NCBI GenBank assembly: GCA_032718475.1 | Contig: JAUCBJ010002182.1 | Coordinates: forward strand, 1-64,000 | Direction: 5' to 3' | Source of the DNA: Nemertoderma westbladi | Taxonomy: Eukaryota; Animalia; Xenacoelomorpha | DNA: 64,000 bases | Notes under the pieces: generated by a model | Told to the model about the DNA's origin: nothing | What the model saw: the letters and a program-made list of their open reading frames with translations, nothing else | The model's database searches: none | Position numbers and translations under genes: made by a program | Shown: piece by piece, positions 34,901 to 46,448 of the stretch | How the letters are laid out: each line of letters starts with the position of its first letter | Position numbering within the stretch: position 1 is the first letter of the stretch

Positions 34901-37110
34901 TCCCGTTGTTGCGTTCCTGTTATTCAGTACACATTGGTTTACTCAAGTACACCTCCACAACCCATCATCCCGTTGTTGCGTTCCTGTTATTCAGTACACA
35001 TTGGTTTACTCAAGTACACCTCCACAACCCATCATCCCGTTGTTGCGTTCCTGTTATTCAGTACACATTGGTTTACTCAAGTACACCTCCACAACCCATC
35101 ATCCCGTTGTTGCGTTCCTGTTATTCAGTACACATTGGTTTACTCAAGTACACCTCCACAACCACAACCCATCCTCCCGTTGTTGCGTTCCTGTTATTCA
35201 GTACACATTGGTTTACTCAAGTACACCTCCACAACCCATCATCCCGTTGTTGCGTTCCTGTTATTCAGTACACATTGGTTTACTCAAGTACACCTCCACA
35301 ACCCATCCTCCCGTTGTTGCGTTCCTGTTATTCAGTACACATTGGTTTACTCAAGTACACCTCCACAACCCATCATCCCGTTGTTGCGTTCCTGTTATTC
35401 AGTACACATTGGTTTACTCAAGTACACCTCCACAACCCATCCTCCCGTTGTTGCGTTCCTGTTATTCAGTACACATTGGTTTACTCAAGTACACCTCCAC
35501 AACCCATCCCCCCGTTGTTGCGTTCCTGTTATTCAGTACACATTGGTTTACTCAAGTACACCTCCACAACCCATCCTCCCGTTGTTGCGTTCCTGTTATT
35601 CAGTACACATTGGTTTACTCAAGTACACCTCCACAACCACAACCCACCCTCCCGTTGTTGCGTTCCTGTTATTCAGTACACATTGGTTTACTCAAGTACA
35701 CCTCCACAACCCATCATCTCGTTGTTGCGTTCCTGTTATTCAGTACACATTGGTTTACTCAAGTACACCTCCACAACCACAACCCACCCTCCCGTTGTTG
35801 CGTTCCTGTTATTCAGTACACATTGGTTTACTCAAGTACACCTCCACAACCACAACCCACCCTCCCGTTGTTGCGTTCCTGTTATTCAGTACACATTGGT
35901 TTACTCAAGTACACCTCCACAACCCATCCCCCCGTTGTTGCGTTCCTGTTATTCAGTACACATTGGTTTACTCAAGTACACCTCCACAACCCATCATCCC
36001 GTTGTTGCGTTCCTGTTATTCAGTACACATTGGTTTACTCAAGTACACCTCCACAACCCATCATCCCGTTGTTGCGTTCCTGTTATTCAGTACACATTGG
36101 TTTACTCAAGTACACCTCCACAACCCATCATCCCGTTGTTGCGTTCCTGTTATTCAGTACACATTGGTTTACTCAAGTACACATCCACAACCACAACCCA
36201 TCCTCCCGTTGTTGCGTTCCTGTTATTCAGTACACCTTGATGTACTCAAGTACACCTCCACAACCCATCATCCCGTTGTTGCGTTCCTGTTATTCAGTAC
36301 ACATTGGTTTACTCAAGTACACCTCCACAACCCATCATCCCGTTGTTGCGTTCCTGTTATTCAGTACACATTGGTTTACTCAAGTACACCTCCACAACCC
36401 ATCATCCCGTTGTTGCGTTCCTGTTATTCAGTACACATTGGTTTACTCAAGTACACCTCCACAACCCATCATCCCGTTGTTGCGTTCCTGTTATTCAGTA
36501 CACATTGGTTTACTCAAGTACACCTCCACAACCCATCATCCCGTTGTTGCGTTCCTGTTATTCAGTACACATTGGTTTACTCAAGTACACCTCCACAACC
36601 ACAACCCACCCTCCCGTTGTTGCGTTCCTGTTATTCAGTACACATTGGTTTACTCAAGTACACCTCCACAACCCATCCTCCCGTTGTTGCGTTCCTGTTA
36701 TTCAGTACACCTTGGTGTACTCAAGTACACCTCCACAACCCATCATCCCGTTGTTGCGTTCCTGTTATTCAGTACACATTGGTTTACTCAAGTACACCTC
36801 CACAACCACAACCCACCCTCCCGTTGTTGCGTTCCTGTTATTCAGTACACATTGGTTTACTCAAGTACACCTCCACAACCCATCATCCCGTTGTTGCGTT
36901 CCTGTTATTCAGTACACATTGGTTTACTCAAGTACACCTCCACAACCCATCATCTCGTTGTTGCGTTCCTGTTATTCAGTACACCTTGGTGTACTCAAGT
37001 ACACCTCCACAACCACAACCCACCCTCCCGTTGTTGCGTTCCTGTTATTCAGTACACATTGGTTTACTCAAGTACACCTCCACAACCCATCATCCCGTTG
37101 TTGCGTTCCT
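28985..37110. repeat. 67/73-bp satellite (TTGGTTTACTCAAGTACACCTCCACAACCCATCATCCCGTTGTTGCGTTCCTGTTATTCAGTACACA), ~120 copies
   Basis: Directly visible; starts immediately after the LINE tail. Confidence 0.98.
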
Positions 37111-37598
37111 AGACTAAGAATAAATATCCTTGTCTAAATGGCAATGTGATTGTTTCCTAGGCAACAAGCAATACAGGCTGACATGAGGCATTAATCTACA
37201 AGATTGAAACTACCGTATTTTGGTTTGAAATTTCAGTATCCGTTTCAGTAAAATTAAAACTGATTAAGAAAGTTAGTGAAATATAACCCTCCTTCAGTCC
37301 TTCCTCTCTCCTCTATCTATTTACGATTTACCCCAGCTGCCGTAGTTCAGTAGGTACAGAAGTAGGTGTACCGTAACCGTACAGCCGTAGGCCGTCTGCT
37401 GATTGATTGCAACTATCTGATACTTCATAATTCAGTAATTATTTTATAATTTTTAAAGTTTTAGTACCGTACCGGTACTTACTTACTAGTAGTTAGACCA
37501 ACCTGCCAACCATCCCCATTTGCAACTAATCTGACAGTGTGACCGTACCGGTATAACATACGGTACTGCAGTACTGGTACCGTTTCCCATTCCCACTG

Positions 37599-37723
37599 AC
37601 AACACAGCGCAGCCGCCACACTTACAGTCCAACCATACAACACAGCGCAGCCGCCACTCTTACAGTCCAACCATACAACACAGCGCAGCCGCCACTCTTA
37701 CAGTCCAACCATACAACACAGCA
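37599..37723. repeat. 39-bp tandem repeat, ~3 copies, just upstream of the GOT1 ATG
   Basis: CAACACAGCGCAGCCGCCACTCTTACAGTCCAACCATA repeated. Confidence 0.88.
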
Positions 37724-37739
37724 ACTGCAACGTCAGAAC

Positions 37740-38960
37740 ATGTCTTCCTCGACATTCAAAGACGTTCTTCACGCTCCTCCAATCGCGGTATTCAAACTCG
37801 TCGCAGACTACAATGCAGATGAGAGCCCAGACAAGGTGAACCTGACAGTGGGAGCCTACCGGGACAGCGCCGGTAAACCCTGGGTGCTTCCCGTGGTGCG
37901 AGCCATCGAGAGATTGATGGCTGAGGACGAGACGCTAAACCACGAATACCTACCGATCGAGGGTCTACCGGCGTTCACGAAGGCGGCTACGCGACTCGTT
38001 CTAGGGGCCGAGAACCCCGCCATCGCAGCGGGTCGAACTATCGGCGTGCAAGCCCTCTCGGGAACCGGGGCCCTCCGTCTGGGACTCCAGTTCATCCGGA
38101 AGGTCCTCCTGCGCACCCACATACTGATCCCGGAACCGACGTGGCCCAACCACCGGATGATCTCGGAGGACCTCGGCTACCTGGTGCTGGGGTACCGGTA
38201 CTGGGACCCGGCGACGCGAGCCCTCAACCTCGACGGACTGCTGGAGGACCTCGAGGCCGCGCCCGAGGGCGCCGTAGTTATGCTGCACTCGGTGGCGCAC
38301 AACCCCACGGGAATGGACCCCGACACCGCGCAATGGGAGCGGATCGCCGACGTTGTGGAACGGCGTTCCTTGCTCCCGTTCTTCGACACGGCCTACCAAG
38401 GGTTTGTCTCCGGCGATGTGGACGTAGACGCCTGGGTCCCCCGCTACTTCGTATCGCGTGGGTTCGAGGCCTTCATAGCGCAATCCTTCGCTAAGAACTT
38501 CGGTTTATACAACGAGCGCGCGGGTAACCTCGTCGTGGTGACCCGAGAGGCGGCTACCATCCCGCCCATCCTGTCCAACCTACAGCGAATCGCGCGTATG
38601 TTGTGGTCCAACCCTCCGGCCCACGGGGCCCGAGTCGTGGCCACGGCCCTGGAAAACCCGGCCTACCTCGAACAGTGGAAGGGCTGTCTTCTCGCTATGA
38701 CTACGCGTATTCGGGACATGCGACAGCGACTGATGGAGCGGTTGATGGAGTTGGGCACCCCCGGGACCTGGGATCACATCGTCAGACAGAAGGGCATGTT
38801 CTCCTACACCGGGCTAACCGGAGACCAGGTCGACACGCTTAAGGCCAAGTACCACGTCTATATGATGCGGGATGGGCGTATAAGTGTGGCGGGACTGACC
38901 CCTAGTAACCTCGACTATGTGGCTAAATGTTTCGACGAGGTAATACGCGCCACCGAGTGA
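37740..38960 (+). CDS. GOT1: Cytosolic aspartate aminotransferase, intronless, nested in a DAAM intron
   Basis: 406 aa; APPIAVFKL, KVNLTVGAYRD, EYLPIEG, QALSGTGAL, AHNPTG, FDTAYQGF, PLP-lysine motif SFAKNFGLYNERAG, GMFSYTGL, DGRISVAGL. No mitochondrial presequence. Confidence 0.95.
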   Translation: MSSSTFKDVLHAPPIAVFKLVADYNADESPDKVNLTVGAYRDSAGKPWVLPVVRAIERLMAEDETLNHEYLPIEGLPAFTKAATRLVLGAENPAIAAGRTIGVQALSGTGALRLGLQFIRKVLLRTHILIPEPTWPNHRMISEDLGYLVLGYRYWDPATRALNLDGLLEDLEAAPEGAVVMLHSVAHNPTGMDPDTAQWERIADVVERRSLLPFFDTAYQGFVSGDVDVDAWVPRYFVSRGFEAFIAQSFAKNFGLYNERAGNLVVVTREAATIPPILSNLQRIARMLWSNPPAHGARVVATALENPAYLEQWKGCLLAMTTRIRDMRQRLMERLMELGTPGTWDHIVRQKGMFSYTGLTGDQVDTLKAKYHVYMMRDGRISVAGLTPSNLDYVAKCFDEVIRATE

Positions 38961-39734
38961 ATCAAACAGATTAATTTTATGAGTTCACTTAGTTAGCCTT
39001 TATTCATTGTTTGAGTTGGAAACACTTTTCTGTACAGGTTTTCGCGACATTACGGGGCCACATATATTCTACAAAAGGAACCTCATTGCCTGATGGTGGC
39101 GGGAATATTTATGTAATAGGAACTCGCCTGTAATTTCACAGAGACAACATTGATGCAACAAACACTAGAATTATTGTCAATGATTTTATTAATAGATAAA
39201 CACTTAATTTATTATGTAAATTGGTTTACTTAAGTAGGTTAATTTTGCTTTACTTTCAATTTTTAAACTTATTTTATAAGTTAATGAATTTATTGTGTTT
39301 ATAATCAATATTTGTAGCATTTGAAAAGTACTTATTACTCAAATGTACTTAATTACTTGTGCCGGAATGCTGTGTAGATTTGTTATATTACATTTTATTA
39401 ATATTATATTGTTATTATCGATCGAATGTGAATTAAATATAGTTGTTTTTAAGTTAAAATTTATATCATTTTGATTTCTGAGTGGGACAACGGGACAGTG
39501 GGGCGTGATAAATGAGTGACAGATCAGACAGCACTTTTGACGATGTTCAATAATTCAAAACACATAATATCTCTAAAGCTATTTCAAAAACATTCTCCAG
39601 TGGCATCTTAAACTCCACTGACGATGTTTAGAAACAATTATGTTTATAACTCAGTTTAACAATTCCCCAGAGAATCGACTCAGGTCCAGAAGTAACCATC
39701 TCATATTGAACAATATCATAATTGTAATATTCCT

Positions 39735-39870
39735 TTCTAACCTTACTAATCGTAACTAAGACGTCATTATTACTGGTGACTTCGGTATCGACCTTCTAAA
39801 GTCGTCTATCAACTCGAAAAGCTACATAGATATTCTAAACTCGTATTGTTTCTTACAACTGATCAACCTT
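39735..39870 (+). pseudogene. Relic of a LINE (CR1/L2-type) AP-endonuclease domain
   Basis: From 39760 it reads DVIITGDFGIDLLKSSINSKSYIDILNSYCFLQLIN, resembling the GDFNIDLL...QLI motif; an upstream in-frame stop is present. Confidence 0.6.
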
Positions 39871-40699
39871 AAAATGTTTTATTATTTTTACGTTATTCCA
39901 GAAATCTTTAACGAATAATTGTACCGTTTTCGACTGTTCCAAATACGACAAAAATAAACTTTTCCATGAGATCAACTCCTAACTCCCCGTGTTCTTATAC
40001 ACATGTCCACCGCTTGGCAAGATCAGTCTTACTTCTCGAAATAAGGCTGTCTGTCCGTTTGACTGATGTCTGTCCGTCATTAGGTCTCCAAAACAATTAA
40101 AAGCTTAATTAATTACCTATATTGGTTTTCTTGGACCTTGACTTCTTCAAATTACACAAGGCACGTAATAAATTCGAATCTGGAATACAAGTCCCTTCTT
40201 TATATATTCCTGTCAGTCTGTCCGTCAAAATATAACCGACAGACAATTTGTATACTCGAAATGAATTCTGCGACCAGGAAACCCCCTATAGCTAAACTTT
40301 TAGGTTACCGATTACCTGATAGTCCAATAGATCGACAGACAGACAAACTAGATTACATTAAATGTGAAATTTGACCTCAGAAATGAAATCAGCGACTGCT
40401 CGGGAAGGTTCAAAATTTTAAGGGAATTATCTCGGAATTGCATTTTTTCATTTTTAAATACTACTCCTCCGCCATTTTCCATACAATATGTAAAAAAGGC
40501 TTTTGTTATCAAATGATTGCTAGTCTAGTAGTTTAATTTAGCGCAATATTAAGATTCGAGCAGTTTTATTTAGTTTTGCAATTGTTTATCTGTTATAACA
40601 TTTTTTGCGCAAAAAATTAGTGAATTTTTGAAAATTTATCGCTTTCTACGTATTAATTTTGGAGCAGTATATTAAACAAAGAATGCCCATGTTCATATA

Positions 40700-42100
40700 T
40701 TTCCCAACCAAATGTTTTCTTGCATGGCCAGTTATCCTTTTAGTTTGCGGCGAGTGCCGACAGCGGCGGGCAGAGGTTGCAGGAAAGTATGTGGTAGCGG
40801 TCACTGCAGGAGAGTTTGCAGAACTTGCAATGGCATTCCGGGGTTAAGGCATGGAAGGGAACGGAGTTGTTGCAGACTTTAAAGTGGAATCCGTGGGCGG
40901 TTGTCATGTCCTAGTCATGGGTCTTCCAAACTGAAGTTTGGAATGCTGGACCGCGGGAGTATCCCTCGTTAACGAAAGTATCCTCGCGTTTGGAGCGGTA
41001 CAACCGGTAGTTTCGGATAACTTCTGGGTTAAACGCATACAGGGAGGTCTCTAGGAGGGCTTCGATGAATGATTTTTCCCCTGCCAATTTTAATACAAGA
41101 GTCGAGGAAGCAGAGCTGTGTAGACGAAGCATTCGTTTTACGTGGGTCGTTTTTACTTTGTCGATATCTTTCACATTTTGCAGGGAGAGATGTACTTTGT
41201 AGTGCGTATGTTATCATTGGAGATATTTTTGAGTTGAAAATTTTAATTCCAGTTTCTACAGACAAGAGGTGGATGTGTTTAAGGGAACCGATGATGCAAT
41301 GAGCTTTTTTTTTCTGTTTGAGGTGGAGAGAGAAGGATAGTGAGGACTGGAAGGTGACTCCGAGATATTCGTAATGGCTGGCGAGTTGAACTTCGCGGTT
41401 GTTGTAAGTGAAGTGGTCGCTGCGTGCAAGGCGGCCGCCTTTGCGGAATTTTACAATTTTTGTTTTGGTGAGGTTCACCTCCATCCCATTAGCGACGCAC
41501 CAGGTTTGGAGGACGTCAAGTGCAGACTAAGAGCAAGATAGTCAATATATAAATATATATCGATATATATATAAATATATATATTTTATATATCAATATA
41601 TATATATAATCTATAGTCAATATTGGGTAGTTCCTTTACGAGATCGTATGTCTTTCCTTTGATACCGAGGGCATATATTTTATGGAGTAGCTTGGTGCGG
41701 CTTACAAAGTCGAACGCCTTTCGGAAGTCGACGAAAGCCGCGTAGACGACCCGTTCTTCGCGGCGACTCAGCGGAACGCTGATGCTATATCGCAGAGGAG
41801 TTTTGATATAGCTTGATTCGTAGAGCGACCGGGGAGGAATCCGTATTGTTCGGGTGGGATCAGTTGGCCAACATGTTGACGAATACGTTTGTTTAAAGTC
41901 GATGTTAGTATTTTAAGGAGAACGCAGAGAAGGGCGATGCCACGGTAGTTGTCCGGGTTCGATATTGCACCTTTACCTTTATACAGGATGTTTATAATGC
42001 TGTTCTTCCAGATGAAAGGAAGCTTGCCAACATTGAGACATACGTTGTAGAGCAAAGTTAAAGTTACCAGGATGAACGGACAGGCTTGTTTTAGATGTTC
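40700..42100 (-). mobile_element. Degenerate non-LTR retrotransposon RT fragment
   Basis: Broken ORFs with WKNSIINILYKGKG..NYRGIALL, QYGFLPGRST, FVDFRKAFD, VNLTKTKIV and YEYLGVTF. Stops and frameshifts are present, with an AT-rich block at about 41538-41623 where the catalytic region should be. Confidence 0.85.
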
Positions 42101-42103
42101 GTA

Positions 42104-42240
42104 GTAGGGGTCGATAAAATGAGTACCAGTTAAATAACTGGGAGCAAATCTTGGGATAGGAGTAGCGCCTACCCTCGGGTAGCAGCTATCGAAAGAGGAG
42201 CCTTCGGGTCGCCTCCGGCTTCGGCCGACTGTTTGTTTGA
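42104..42240 (+). mobile_element. Possible SINE fragment
   Basis: GGGGTCGATAAAATGAGTACCAG and GCAGCTATCGAAAGAGGAGCCTTCGGGTCGCC resemble invertebrate SINE body sequences (from recollection, not searched); ends in a TGTT repeat. Confidence 0.4.
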
Positions 42241-42352
42241 TAGTACTAGTATAAGTATAATATCATTGGCTCCATCTAAACCCTAATCAAACGACAACTT
42301 CCCTACTAATCCAGGCGGTAAAACCTGTTTCTATTCATCTCTCAGCTACCAA

Positions 42353-43227
42353 ATGTCCACCCCTTTCTACCCTAGGCGCGCCCCCAGCTCCCGGCGGCCC
42401 CCCTGTACAGTACATGTCCACCCCTTTCTACCCTAGGCGTGCCCCCTGCTCCCCGCGCGCCCCCTGTACATGTCCACCCCTTTCTACCCTAGGCGCGCCC
42501 CCTGCGGCCCCCCTGTACATGTCCACCCCTTTCAACCCTAGGCGCGCCCCCAGCTCCCGGCGGCCCCCTGTACATGTCCACCCCTTTCAACCCTAGGCGC
42601 GCCCCCAGCTCCCGGCGGCCCCCTGTACATGTCCACCCCTTTCAACCCTAGGCGTGCCCCCTGCGGCCCCCCTGTACATGTCCACCCCTTTCAACCCTAG
42701 GCGCGCCCCTAGCTCCCGGCGGCCCCCTGTACATGTCCACCCCTTTCAACCCTAGGCGCGCCCCCAGCTCCCGGCGGCCCCCTGTACATGTCCACCCCTT
42801 TCAACCCTAGGCGTGCCCCCTGCGGCCCCCCTGTACATGTCCACCCCTTTCAACCCTAGGCGCGCCCCCAGCTCCCGGCGGCCCCCTTGTACATGTCCAC
42901 TCCTTTCTACCCTATAGGCGCGCCCCCTGCTTCCGGCGGCCCCCCTGTACATGTCCACCCCTTTCTACCCTAGGCGCGCCCCCCTGTCCCTGTGGGCCCC
43001 CTGTACATGTCCACCCCTTTTTACCATAGGCGCGCCCCGCTCCCTGCGGCCCCCCTGTACATGTCCACCCCTTTCTACCCTAGGCGCGCCCCCCTGCTCC
43101 CTCTGGGCCCCCTGTACATGTCTACCCCTTTTTACCATAGGCGCGCCCCGCTCCCTGCGGCCCCCCTGTACATGTGCACCCCTTTCTACCCTAGGCGCGC
43201 CCCCTGCTCCCGGTGGGCCCCCTGTAC
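42353..43227 (+). repeat. ~49-60-bp tandem array of the DAAM acceptor junction, ~16 copies
   Basis: Unit ATGTCCACCCCTTTCWACCCTAG|GCGCGCCCCCAGCTCCCGGCGGCCCCCTGTAC; the last unit runs directly into unique exon sequence. Confidence 0.95.
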
Positions 43228-43444
43228 CCAATGCCAGACGTAGGAATATACCAAAACCCAGCAACCACCTCAAATCATTCAACTGGTCTAAAATCCCCGA
43301 TATGAACATCAACGGAACAATCTGGGCGGACATCGACGACACGCGGTTATTCAAGGGAGTTCTCGATCTCAAGGAAATAGAGGAGATGTTCTCCGCCTAT
43401 CAACCGGCTGCTAAAGATACCGACGACGATGTAGATTTTGTGAG
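43195..43444 (+). CDS. DAAM: DAAM exon: FH1 end and FH2 start
   Basis: CCCTAG|GC...GTGAG|GTGAGA. Encodes GAPPAPGGPPVPNARRRNIPKPSNHLKSFNWSKIP...GTIWADIDD...FSAYQ, diagnostic of DAAM FH2. The true acceptor could be an upstream repeat copy. Confidence 0.92.
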
Positions 43445-43565
43445 GTGAGAGTAACTTTGTATTACTTGGTGATCGTAATGTTTCGTTAGGTTTTATATGT
43501 CCAGAGTATTGATTTAGTGTCTCAGGAACAGATAAAATCTAATGTTTATTTTACATTTATGTTAG

Positions 43566-43728
43566 AATGAGGGAGAAATCTATTCGTGAGGTCTCTGTAG
43601 TCGATAGTCGTAGGGCCCAAAACTGCACAATTTTATTGTCTAAATTAAAAATGAACAACGATGATATAAAGAGAGTGTTGCTGACAATGGACCAAGGCGG
43701 AGAAATTCATAAAGATATGTTGGAACAG
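43566..43728 (+). CDS. DAAM: DAAM FH2 exon
   Basis: GTTAG|A ATG...GAACAG|GTTGGT. Encodes EVSVVDSRRAQNCTILLSKLKM...KDMLEQ; phases 2 and 0 fit the neighbouring exons. Confidence 0.93.
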
Positions 43729-43958
43729 GTTGGTTTACATAAATATTATAATATGTTAGTTTACATAAATATTATAATATGTTGGTTTACATAAATATTA
43801 TAATATGTTAGTTTACATAAATATTATAATATGTTGGTTTACATAAATATTATAATATGTTGGTTTACATAAATATTATAATATGTTGGTTTACATAAAT
43901 ATTTTAATATGTTGGTTTACATAAAGATATATTGGAACAGGTTGGTTTACATAAATAT
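43708..43958 (+). repeat. 31-bp array derived from the exon end/donor, with a full duplicate donor at 43941
   Basis: ATATGTTGGTTTACATAAATATTATA units; CATAAAGATATATTGGAACAG|GTTGGTTTACATAAATAT recurs at 43920-43958. Confidence 0.9.
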
Positions 43959-43983
43959 AATAATTTTATAAAGAAATGATCTG

Positions 43984-46200
43984 CCAGTGCTATGCCGTAT
44001 AATACTTAGTGAACTATCTGTGTACCAGTGCTGCTATATCGTATATTAGTTGTGAACTATCTGTGTACCAGTGCTGCTATATCGTATATTAGTTGTGAAC
44101 TATCTGTGTAGTGTACCAGTGCTGCTATATCGTATATTAGTTGTGAACTATCTGTGTACCAGTGCTGCTATATCGTATATTAGTTGTGAACTATCTGTGT
44201 ACCAGTGCTGCTATATCGTATATTAGTTGTGAACTATCTGTGTACCAGTGCTGCTATATCGCATATTAGTTGTGAACTATCTGTGTACCAGTGCTGCTAT
44301 ATCGTATATTAGTTGTGAACTATCTGTGTACCAGTGCTGCTATATCGTATATTAGTTGTGAACTATCTGTGTACCAGTGCTGCTATATCGCATATTAGTT
44401 GTGAACTATCTGTGTACCAGTGCTGCTATATCGTATATTAGTTGTGAACTATCTGTGTACCAGTGCTGCTATATCGTATATTAGTTGTGAACTATCTGTG
44501 TACCAGTGCTGCTATACCGTATAATACTTAGTGAACTACCTGTGTACCAGTGCTGCTATATCGTATATTAGTTGTTAACTATCTGTGTACCAGTGCTGCT
44601 ATATCGTATATTAGTTGTGAACTATCTGTGTACCAGTGCTGCTATATCGTATATTAGTTGTTAACTATCTGTGTACCAGTGCTGCTATATCGTATATTAG
44701 TTGTGAACTATCTGTGTACCAGTGCTGCTATATCGTATATTAGTTGTGAACTATCTGTGTACCAGTGCTGCTATATCGTATATTAGTTGTGAACTATCTG
44801 TGTACCAGTGCTGCTATATCGTATATTAGTTGTGAACTATCTGTGTACCAGTGCTGCTATATCGTATATTAGTTGTGAACTATCTGTGTACCAGTGCTGC
44901 TATATCGTATATTAGTTGTGAACTATCTGTGTAGTGTACCAGTGCTGCTATATCGTATATTAGTTGTGAACTATCTGTGTAGTGTACCAGTGCTGCTATA
45001 TCGTATATTAGTTGTGAACTATCTGTGTACCAGTGCTGCTATATCGTATATTAGTTGTGAGCTATCTGTGTACCAGTGCTGCTATATCGTATATTAGTTG
45101 TGAACTATCTGTGTACCAGTGCTGCTATATCGTATATTAGTTGTGAACTATCTGTGTACCAGTGCTGCTATATCGTATATTAGTTGTGAACTATCTGTGT
45201 ACCAGTGCTGCTATATCGTATATTAGTTGTGAGCTATCTGTGTACCAGTGCTGCTATATCGTATATTAGTTGTGAACTATCTGTGTACCAGTGCTGCTAT
45301 ATCGTATATTAGTTGTGAACTATCTGTGTAGTGTACCAGTGCTGCTATATCGTATATTAGTTGTGAACTATCTGTGTAGTGTACCAGTGCTGCTATATCG
45401 TATATTAGTTGTGAACTATCTGTGTACCAGTGCTGCTATATCGTATATTAGTTGTGAACTATCTGTGTACCAGTGCTGCTATATCGTATATTAGTTGTGA
45501 ACTATCTGTGTACCAGTGCTGCTATATCGTATAATAGTTGTGAACTATCTGTGTACCAGTGCTGCTATATCGTATATTAGTTGTGAACTATCTGTGTACC
45601 AGTGCTGCTATATCGTATATTAGTTGTGAACTATCTGTGTACCAGTGCTGCTATATCGTATATTAGTTGTGAACTATCTGTGTACCAGTGCTGCTATATC
45701 GTATATTAGTTGTGAACTATCTGTGTACCAGTGCTGCTATATCGTATATTAGTTGTGAACTATCTGTGTACCAGTGTTGCTATACCGTATATTAGTTGTG
45801 AACTATCTGTGTACCAGTGCTGCTATATCGTATATTAGTTGTGAACTATCTGTGTACCAGTGCTGCTATATCGTATATTAGTTGTGAACTATCTGTGTAC
45901 CAGTGCTGCTATATCGTATATTAGTTGTGAACTATCTGTGTACCAGTGCTGCTATATCGTATATTAGTTGTGAACTATCTGTGTACCAGTGCTGCTATAT
46001 CGTATATTAGTTGTGAACTATCTGTGTACCAGTGCTGCTATATCGTATATTAGTTGTGAACTATCTGTGTACCAGTGCTGCTATATCGTATATTAGTTGT
46101 GAACTATCTGTGTACCAGTGCTGCTATATCGTATATTAGTTGTGAACTATCTGTGTACCACCAGTGCTGCTATATCGTATAATTCTTTGTTAACTATCTG
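43984..46200. repeat. 43-bp minisatellite (GTGCTGCTATATCGTATATTAGTTGTGAACTATCTGTGTACCA), ~50 copies
   Basis: Directly visible; ends about 16 nt before the acceptor at 46217. Confidence 0.97.
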
Positions 46201-46216
46201 TTGCTATGGTTATTAG

Positions 46217-46412
46217 ATGTTAAAATATGTGCCGACGGCGGAAGAAGTCCAGTTGCTTAGTGACCATGCACACGAGGTCAAACAGATGGCGAAAGCTGAC
46301 AGATTTCTCTGGGAAATGTCTCGGATATTTCGATACGAACAGCGATTAAAGTCCTTGTGGTATAAGAAGAAATTCCAGGAAAGAGTTAATGACCTGCGGC
46401 CGCAATATGACG
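46217..46412 (+). CDS. DAAM: DAAM FH2 exon
   Basis: TATTAG|ATG...GACG|GTAAGC. Encodes MLKYVPTAEE...MAKADRFLWEMSRIFRYEQRLKSLWYKKKFQER. Confidence 0.94.
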
Positions 46413-46448
46413 GTAAGCGGGTTAGATTAATACGTATTACAATTTTGT

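Noticed and set aside
19000-37137. Giant repetitive ORFs (CLNEGCTDP, QCCCCVRSF, HERADTTATLK, YSSTPPQP)
   Set aside because: Open in several frames and on both strands because the satellite units lack stops; frames swap at indels; no unique domains or splice support.
37740-38960. Bacterial horizontal transfer or contamination origin for GOT1 (GC-rich, intronless)
   Set aside because: Motifs match eukaryotic cytosolic AAT rather than bacterial AspC, and the flanks are continuous host repeats; only a phylogeny would be decisive.
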